Below, in pieces: positions 57,269-64,000 of a stretch of 64,000 bases of DNA. The stretch is from an uncultured Candidatus Saccharibacteria bacterium. Its GTDB lineage: Bacteria > Patescibacteriota > Minisyncoccia > Phycocordibacterales > UBA9973. The position numbers and the translations under genes are program-made. The stretch is from the NCBI GenBank assembly GCA_964496425.1, contig CAZBZO010000003.1:55728-119727 (forward strand), written 5' to 3'. Numbering within the stretch: the first letter of the stretch is position 1; each line of letters opens with the position of its first letter. Under the pieces are notes generated by a model that was given only the letters and a program-made list of their open reading frames with translations, had not been told where the DNA came from and did no database searches.

Positions 57269-59902
57269 CTATGTTGCTTTGATGTGCTTCCTGCGATTGC
57301 TTAAATACCGAAACCACAATTTGGCAAGTTCAACTAAGGCAACATTCAACACGAGCCACACGCCGATAAGCCAGAGCCACGACAGTGGCAGGGGGGCAAT
57401 ACCAAAGATATCGCGCATAAACGGTATGGTCATCGTGGCAATCAATATTGCAAAGGCAATGAGAACACTCAGGTTGAGTTTTTTGTTTGAAAAAATATTG
57501 TATGAAAAAAGTGGTCGGTGCAGTGACCGAAACGAAAACGCTACCACCAAAATATACGAGGAAAAACACACGAAAAATATTGACCGCGCTACGGATATGT
57601 CGAGTCCGATTTTAAGGAGCCAGTAATATAAAAAGAAGAGAAGTGTCGAGGTAAACACACCGATGCCAAAAGAAATGAGCTTCACTTCACTAGTAAATAG
57701 ATCTTTGGCAAACGAATGATGGTTTTTTTCTTTGTCCAAATCCTGATCAAACGCAAACGCCAAGGCCGGCAAACTGCCAGTAAACAAATTAACCCAAATG
57801 ATCTGGAGTGCCGTGACGGGAAGCGCAATACCAGCGATCAGGCTGCCGCCGACCACAAACACTTCGTCGAGTGAGTTGGACATGAGATACATAAACGTTT
57901 TGCGCACGTTGGCCAAAATCCGTCGGCCTTCGTCGATCGCCATCGTGATAGTTTGAAAATTATCATCGAGAAGTACGAGATCCGCTGCGCTTTTTGCCAC
58001 ATCAGATCCCGAGCCAAGCGAGACGCCAATATCCATGGCTTTGAGTGCCGGCGCGTCGTTGACCCCGTCTCCGGTCATCGCCACTACTTCTCCTAAACTA
58101 CGGAAAAGCGTACCGATCCGCAGTTTATCTTCTGGAGTCACCCGCGCAAATATTTTGATGCGTGAAATAATTTCGCGGAGTTCCTCATCGCTCATGCTAT
58201 GAATATCGCCACCAGTGATAATTTCGTCATCTGCCACACTCCAACCGAGGTCGGTCGCCACTGCGCGCGCCGTACCTGCGAGATCCCCGGTCATGATTAC
58301 CACCCGCACGCCGCGCCCTTCAATGGTACGGATCGCTTCTGGCACTTCTTCGCGAATCGGATCATGAAAAGAAAGTATTCCTTCCAAGGTGATCCCGGTG
58401 ATCGCTTCCAGTTTGATATGCGATAAATGTCCTTTAGGGAATGTGCCGACAGCAATCAACCGCTCTCCACGCTCACTGGTATCGGCGATCCAGGACTCGA
58501 TTGCAAGATAGGTATCCTTATCAACCGTAGAACGTTTGAGAAGTACATCCGGTGCGCCCATGACAATATATCTGTGCGCATCTGAAGACACGGAAAATTT
58601 ATTAGTGGAATTGAATGGAATATGAAGTTCTGTTTTTTTGAGAAGAGCTTCTCGAACAGGGATGTGATGTGTAACGCAGGCTTTGGCGATATTGACTTCA
58701 AAGGGCCGGCCGACAAAGTGCCACAATGCTTCCGGCTGATTTCCATTCTCCACCACGACATCGATGTTTGAAAGTGCCAGTGTAAGAATATGTTTCTGCG
58801 CATCTGAGAGGTGCGTGATGCGTTCTTTAAACGCAGATTTATACAGTAAGGTATCTACGATATGCACCCCGACCAATTCCATGTCAGCTTTGGTAAGCGT
58901 GCCAGTCTTGTCCGTCATGATCATAGTAGTGGACCCAAGCGTTTCAGACGCCGAAAGGTTGCGCACGATGCCTTTCTTGGCGGCAATGCGTTCTGCTCCA
59001 ACGGCCAGGATCACCGTGAGCGCAATCGGCAATGCTTCAGGCACCGCCCCGACAGCGACCGCAAGGGAGAGCACCAGCATCGCAAGAAGCGGCTCACCGT
59101 TTGAAATACCAAGAAGGAAAATACCTGCCACGATCACTAGCGTGATGCACAAGATAAACCATGATAGTTTTTTGATTCCGGCTTGAATCGGGGTGGGCGT
59201 GCGATCAATCGAAGAAACAATACCGGCGATTTTACCGATTTCAGTGTTACTACCAGTCGCAACAACAACCGCTGTCGCAAATCCTTCAACGACGAGAGTT
59301 CCGGCATGAACCATATTGGTCCGATCGGCAACGAGAGATCCTTCAGGAACAAGCTCTGTCTTTTTTTCAATCGGTAAAGATTCGCCAGTGAGAATCGCTT
59401 CGTCGATCCGTATATTGTTGACCGAGATCAATCGAGCATCAGCTGGTACACGAGAACCATAGGACAATTTGATAATATCTCCTGGTACCAAAAGCGCTGA
59501 GTCAATTTCTTGATCCGCCCCGCCGCGGATGACCCGCGAACGATCTTTGATGTAGGTCGCGAGCTGGTCAAGCGTATGCTCAGCATGATATTCGCGATAA
59601 AATCCAAGTCCGACATTTACGATAATCGCTCCGACGATCACACCCATGTTGATCCATTCACCAAGTATGCCGGTAAGAACTGCGGCACCGACTAATATAA
59701 AAATGAGTGGACTTGTAAATTGTTTTGCGAAAATGCGCGGCGCGCTGGCGCGCTCACGACTTTGAAAATTATTTCCTCCGAAACGCATCCGACGTGTGGT
59801 CGCTTCTACTTCAGAAAGCCCTTCGGGGTGAGTACCAAGCAGATTGTATATATCATCAATTGAAGTGAACCATGGAGCAGGAACTAGATTTTTTTTATCC
59901 AT
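57269..59902 (-). CDS. Cation-transporting P-type ATPase (type II-like)
   Basis: TGES, PEAL, DKTGTLT, TGD, GDGVNDAPAL. Confidence 0.92.
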   Translation of the reverse strand: MDKKNLVPAPWFTSIDDIYNLLGTHPEGLSEVEATTRRMRFGGNNFQSRERASAPRIFAKQFTSPLIFILVGAAVLTGILGEWINMGVIVGAIIVNVGLGFYREYHAEHTLDQLATYIKDRSRVIRGGADQEIDSALLVPGDIIKLSYGSRVPADARLISVNNIRIDEAILTGESLPIEKKTELVPEGSLVADRTNMVHAGTLVVEGFATAVVVATGSNTEIGKIAGIVSSIDRTPTPIQAGIKKLSWFILCITLVIVAGIFLLGISNGEPLLAMLVLSLAVAVGAVPEALPIALTVILAVGAERIAAKKGIVRNLSASETLGSTTMIMTDKTGTLTKADMELVGVHIVDTLLYKSAFKERITHLSDAQKHILTLALSNIDVVVENGNQPEALWHFVGRPFEVNIAKACVTHHIPVREALLKKTELHIPFNSTNKFSVSSDAHRYIVMGAPDVLLKRSTVDKDTYLAIESWIADTSERGERLIAVGTFPKGHLSHIKLEAITGITLEGILSFHDPIREEVPEAIRTIEGRGVRVVIMTGDLAGTARAVATDLGWSVADDEIITGGDIHSMSDEELREIISRIKIFARVTPEDKLRIGTLFRSLGEVVAMTGDGVNDAPALKAMDIGVSLGSGSDVAKSAADLVLLDDNFQTITMAIDEGRRILANVRKTFMYLMSNSLDEVFVVGGSLIAGIALPVTALQIIWVNLFTGSLPALAFAFDQDLDKEKNHHSFAKDLFTSEVKLISFGIGVFTSTLLFFLYYWLLKIGLDISVARSIFFVCFSSYILVVAFSFRSLHRPLFSYNIFSNKKLNLSVLIAFAILIATMTIPFMRDIFGIAPLPLSWLWLIGVWLVLNVALVELAKLWFRYLSNRRKHIKAT

Positions 59903-59998
59903 TATATTTTTTATTGGCATTTCTAAAACCGTATAGGTATATGCCTAGTTCTTACTATACTATATATACAATTCTACAGAAATCTCCCTGACGAAAGA

Positions 59999-60757
59999 TT
60001 ATGCTGACAACCAGTCTCGAAGTATGTGTTTAGTGTCTGACACATTCGCAACTTCCACACACCGAGCTCCCATCTCCATCACCGATGCATCATTACCGCC
60101 CGGGAAAAGAGCATCGCCGACATAGACTAAATCATTTTTTTCGAGATTGAGATATTGGAGAAGATGCGTAAGGCCATACGCTTTATCAATTCCGCCATGT
60201 GTAATATCAAGTGAAGACGTGCCACCGATACTGATAGAGAAATCTGGTAAATATTTTTTGAGTATATCACGCAAAATTGTACGCTTGGTTCCGCCGACAT
60301 CCCATGGACCTTTGACTTCTATCGGCGCTTCACTACCAAATGCTGAAAACGTCACTTGGCTTCCTCGATCTTCAATCTGGATACCATAAATTTTCTCGGA
60401 AACAAAAAATCCTGTTTTATTAAATTCCTCCTTTGTTTTTTCAAAAGCTCCAAATATTGCATGTTTCTCGTCTTCGGTAAGTATATTAGTATAGACTTCC
60501 TGCCAGCCATCTTTATATGCGTAAAGCTTCGCACCGTTGGTCGGCAAAATATATAAATTAGAAAGTGCTGATACTGGCGCATCAAGGTGTGAAAGAAATT
60601 GCTTTTCAAATTGATGATACGCCGCACCAGAAATCACGGCAACTTTCTTTTTTTCTAAAAGTCGAGTAAGAAGCCCTGACATTTCACTATCAATCGGCAG
60701 CTTGCTCTCGGCCAGTGTACCATCAAGATCAAAGGCAATAAGTGATTCATCAATCAT
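59999..60757 (-). CDS. HAD-IIB phosphomannomutase-like enzyme
   Basis: FDLDGTL, ISG, EDRG.Q..FS, GG.SS.DI...G.DK, GD....GGND. Confidence 0.8.
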   Translation of the reverse strand: MIDESLIAFDLDGTLAESKLPIDSEMSGLLTRLLEKKKVAVISGAAYHQFEKQFLSHLDAPVSALSNLYILPTNGAKLYAYKDGWQEVYTNILTEDEKHAIFGAFEKTKEEFNKTGFFVSEKIYGIQIEDRGSQVTFSAFGSEAPIEVKGPWDVGGTKRTILRDILKKYLPDFSISIGGTSSLDITHGGIDKAYGLTHLLQYLNLEKNDLVYVGDALFPGGNDASVMEMGARCVEVANVSDTKHILRDWLSA

Positions 60758-60758
60758 A

Positions 60759-61232
60759 TCATTTTTTATTTTTCTTCTGATTCAGAACACTTTTCTTCAC
60801 AAGTTCGGAGGAGCTTTGCACCTTGCCACCAAACCCGACATCGTTTACGATAGCGCAGCCGATTTCGTTGCAAACTAATACCTCGGGCGATGGAATATTG
60901 CCTTGATTGCGATCTCCTCCTTTGGCAAAAACGTGGGGGCGAAGTGCGCGCAAATCTTCGCTAATACTAATATCTTTGGTATTTTTTGTATGACTACTCA
61001 AAATCACTCGATCGACAGCCGCGAAAGCTTCGATGATTTCTTTGCGCTCATGCTCGGGCATAAAGACATAGCCTTTTTTGAGCATGAGCCAATTGTCGTT
61101 GTTGATCACTACCACAAGCTCGTCGCCGAGCGCTTTGGCTTCTTCAAACATCCGCACATGCCCAATATGGACTGGATCAAATCCGCCTGAGACCATAACG
61201 ATTTTCTTCTTCTTTCGAGGGGTAGGGCTCAT
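60759..61232 (-). CDS. Cytidylyltransferase-family (HIGH) nucleotidyltransferase
   Basis: SGGFDPVHIGH, ER.EII, KGGD, K.QSSS. Confidence 0.85.
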   Translation of the reverse strand: MSPTPRKKKKIVMVSGGFDPVHIGHVRMFEEAKALGDELVVVINNDNWLMLKKGYVFMPEHERKEIIEAFAAVDRVILSSHTKNTKDISISEDLRALRPHVFAKGGDRNQGNIPSPEVLVCNEIGCAIVNDVGFGGKVQSSSELVKKSVLNQKKNKK

Positions 61233-61304
61233 TATCCGACTATTGTACAACGCTATAGGCAGAATGTACACGCCGCCGTACACCTGTCCATTTGAAATTA
61301 CATG

Positions 61305-61844
61305 TTAGTTTTTCTGGATTTTTCTCCGCCAGAAAATCAGATAGGCAATAGCAACCCCAACAATGGCACCGATAACCATATAATGAATCTGTTCGCCATA
61401 TGACATCGCGAGGGCTGAAACTGTCGCAGCTTGAATGCGGGACTCGACAAGAAATCCCACTTCCCCGCTAGCCTTTGTCGTCGGATCAATAAAATCAAGA
61501 TCGATATCGAAATAATTTTCTTTGGTGAATGTATATGTAAAATCGAGACTACCATTTACATCAGTTGTCATATCTTGCGAGAAAATTTCTGTATCTTTGC
61601 TTTCATCGCCTGGGAACGTATCGATCAAAGTGAGCGTCACCGGAAGATTTTTCAGAGCTAGATCAGTGGCAGCATCAGTAAAAGTAAAATAAAATTTCAC
61701 TTCTTCTCCGACGAGTGGTGAGAGCGGTTCTTGTTTCAAAAACACTCGCACGTTGTCGTCGTGCTTTTCGACACCGCCGTGAGCACATGCATATCCAAAA
61801 CTTACAAAAAACAAAATGAACACTACGAGCAGTTTATATTTCAT
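61305..61844 (-). CDS. Secreted protein with C-terminal membrane anchor
   Basis: Signal peptide ...ACA|HGG, Ig-like core, C-terminal TM plus RRK. Confidence 0.7.
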   Translation of the reverse strand: MKYKLLVVFILFFVSFGYACAHGGVEKHDDNVRVFLKQEPLSPLVGEEVKFYFTFTDAATDLALKNLPVTLTLIDTFPGDESKDTEIFSQDMTTDVNGSLDFTYTFTKENYFDIDLDFIDPTTKASGEVGFLVESRIQAATVSALAMSYGEQIHYMVIGAIVGVAIAYLIFWRRKIQKN

Positions 61845-63004
61845 ATTTTTTTCTCGGTGAGTGTAGAAAGAATAAGGAGCCCGATCACCACGCACACTCC
61901 ACTTATAAAAAGTGCTTGCACAATACCTCCATGTTGCCAGAGATAGCCACCCACAATACCTGCAAACAAAAGTCCAAATCCTGTCGCCGCATTCATGAGT
62001 CCATACGCTCCAGCCCGATCTCCACTTTCCGTAAGGGAAGATGCATAGGCCCGACCGACGCCGTCGGTGAGTGCTGGGAAAAGTCCGAGTACTAAAAATG
62101 CTACCACGAGCATCAGCGTAGTGTGAGATACACCAAGAAGTACATACCCAACCAAAAGAACTATGTAGCCCGTGATCATAACTTTGCGCGCCCCGATTTT
62201 GTCACCTACTTTTCCGGCAGAAATAGAAAAAATAATGTAGGAGAGATTGTAGAGCATGTAAAAAAGCGGGATAGTCGCAAGCGCGAGACCGATGTGTTCG
62301 GTTTTAAGAAGCATGACGGCAACTGGCAGACTACCAAGCGATAAAATAAAAAGTGCGAGCAGAAACCGTTTGAATGATGCTGGATAGTGACTCACCACTC
62401 CCCAAGAAAGTTTTTTGCCACTCCATACACCTCTTACATCTTTCACCAGAAAAATAGTACCCACAGCCAGGAGTCCGACGATAAATGCCGTAATAAATAC
62501 TTTGTTGAACGCCAGCGGATAGGCGCGCAAAATAAGATATGCGCCGAGCGGTCCAAGCAAGGCGCCGGCTGTATCCATGGCTCGATGATAGCCGAATGAT
62601 TTTCCAAGTTCTTCTTTGGGAACGGAGAGCGAAATGATAGCATCGCGTGGTCCTTCGCGCAGTCCTTTACCGACCCGATCCAAAAATCGCAGCCCTGCAA
62701 CGCCAGGTACGGCGCTCATTAATATATAGAATGGCCGAATCGCGACTGAAAGCGCATAACCCGCGAACATAAATGGTTTGCGTTTTTGAATGCGATCGGA
62801 AAATGAGCCGGCATAGACTTTGATAATATTGGACGCGCCGTCGGCAATACCTTCTACGAGTCCGAGTGAGGCTGCACCGGTTTTAAGTACTGAGGTAAAA
62901 AATGCCGGGAAAATGGAGAGAATCATTTCGGAGGAGAGATCGTTGAAAAAACTTACCAGTCCCAACAGAAAAATATTTTTTTGTATGCCGAATATTTTTT
63001 TCAT
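61841..63004 (-). CDS. MFS transporter
   Basis: SFFNDLSSEM, G..SDR...RK, DRVGKGLR..PRDA, HRAMD..GA..GP. Confidence 0.9.
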   Translation of the reverse strand: MKKIFGIQKNIFLLGLVSFFNDLSSEMILSIFPAFFTSVLKTGAASLGLVEGIADGASNIIKVYAGSFSDRIQKRKPFMFAGYALSVAIRPFYILMSAVPGVAGLRFLDRVGKGLREGPRDAIISLSVPKEELGKSFGYHRAMDTAGALLGPLGAYLILRAYPLAFNKVFITAFIVGLLAVGTIFLVKDVRGVWSGKKLSWGVVSHYPASFKRFLLALFILSLGSLPVAVMLLKTEHIGLALATIPLFYMLYNLSYIIFSISAGKVGDKIGARKVMITGYIVLLVGYVLLGVSHTTLMLVVAFLVLGLFPALTDGVGRAYASSLTESGDRAGAYGLMNAATGFGLLFAGIVGGYLWQHGGIVQALFISGVCVVIGLLILSTLTEKKI

Positions 63005-63060
63005 AACGGTATATTACTAAGTGTATCTTATTTATGAAAAAATCGACGAGGGAATTTTAT

Positions 63061-63999
63061 TTACGGGCAGTATTCCCAGAAGTCTTTACTATAATTCCCA
63101 AAAGAAGAGCTCCCTGTCCCGATATATCCTTTTAAGCCAACAGAAATACCTGTTGCAAAAATACGTTCTCCTCCTCCAAAGTCTGCTTTTTGAGTCCAAA
63201 CATTTGTTACTGGATCATATTGCCAGAAGTCTTTTTTGTACGCAAAGTTTTGATCTCCTGTACCCAAATATCCCTTACTACCGATAGAAAAACCAACTGC
63301 AAGTTGTCGAGCTGTTCCCCCAAAATCTGCTTTCTGTGTCCACACATTTGTTAACTGATCATATTCCCAGAAGTCTTTTAAGTAACCACTATTGTTATTA
63401 TATCCTGTACCAATATATCCCTTACTGCCAATCGAAAAGCCAACGGCTCCTTGACGCGCCGTGCTAAAGTCTGCCTTTTGTGTCCAGGTGTTTGCCATTT
63501 GATCATACTCCCAGAAATCTTTAGCTTGAGTATTATTTAAACTATGATTACCTGTACCAATATAACCTTTTGTGCCGATCGAAAAACCAATTGCAGCATA
63601 ACGAGGATCACCCCCAAAATCTGCCTTTTGTGTCCAGGTGTTTGTTGTTGGGTTATACTCCCAGAAATCTTTACGATCATTACCATCATTCCCCGTACCA
63701 ATATATCCTTTGTTGCCAATAGAGAATCCAGCAGTGGCACTACGTGCAGTTCCACCAAAATCTACTTTCTGTGTCCACACATTCGTTGAAGGATCGTATT
63801 CCCAGAAGTCTTTCTTAAGAGCATTCGAAGTTGATCCCATGCCTATATAACCTTTTGAGCCAATCGAGAAACCGGAAAGAATATTATATCGCTCTGCTCC
63901 CCCAAAATCTGCTTTCTGAGTCCAGGTATTCGGTGTACACGCCAGCGGTGTCACGGTAACAGTGGTTAACGCTGTCACCGTATTGTTGATGCCCGCTGC
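63061..63999 (-). CDS. Kelch-propeller surface protein, paralog of 55143 (3' part; starts beyond window)
   Basis: Same TVTPLACTPNTWTQKADFGG junction and DFWEYCP end; frame open to window edge. Confidence 0.85.
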   Translation of the reverse strand, partial: AAGINNTVTALTTVTVTPLACTPNTWTQKADFGGAERYNILSGFSIGSKGYIGMGSTSNALKKDFWEYDPSTNVWTQKVDFGGTARSATAGFSIGNKGYIGTGNDGNDRKDFWEYNPTTNTWTQKADFGGDPRYAAIGFSIGTKGYIGTGNHSLNNTQAKDFWEYDQMANTWTQKADFSTARQGAVGFSIGSKGYIGTGYNNNSGYLKDFWEYDQLTNVWTQKADFGGTARQLAVGFSIGSKGYLGTGDQNFAYKKDFWQYDPVTNVWTQKADFGGGERIFATGISVGLKGYIGTGSSSFGNYSKDFWEYCP

Positions 64000-64000
64000 C

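Noticed and set aside
1-64000. Alternative genetic code (TGA recoding as in Gracilibacteria/SR1)
   Set aside because: Conserved genes are full length under code 11 and TGA serves as stop in ATGA overlaps.

Overview
Gene-dense 64-kb chromosomal segment, most likely from a Patescibacteria/CPR (Parcubacteria-like) bacterium. This is inferred from secE-nusG-rplK without rplA, many N-terminally anchored surface proteins, an aaRS with an inserted domain, and -10 boxes directly before start codons. Contents in order: maf (partial), a T-box-controlled semiSWEET-ileS unit, argS, an ~11-kb thymidylate/folate/nucleotide-sanitation cluster (dut, NUDIX x3, tmk, NMNAT-like, DNPH1-like, glyA, dCMP deaminase, thyA, folA, HAD, MazG-like, folC, VUT), rplK-nusG-secE, a MacAB-type ABC system, Bacteroidota-like surface/secreted proteins, a class Ic ribonucleotide reductase, glmS, mscL, nfi and a mannose-processing cluster. 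The top candidate for a new system is the ThyA. It carries Asp at the dUMP-specifying Asn177 position and Pro for His147, i.e. the dCMP-methylase signature. It sits head-to-head with a dCMP deaminase and near DHFR, SHMT and a MazG-like pyrophosphatase, suggesting a dCMP -> 5-methyl-dCMP -> dTMP route. Other highlights are an Ile T-box with a short stem I, a GIHH-type IleRS2 with an inserted histidine phosphatase, in-frame palindromic repeats, pervasive leaderless promoters, and a shared N-terminal anchor motif. No rRNA, tRNA, CRISPR array or transposase was recognised. All family calls are by motif recognition, not database search.
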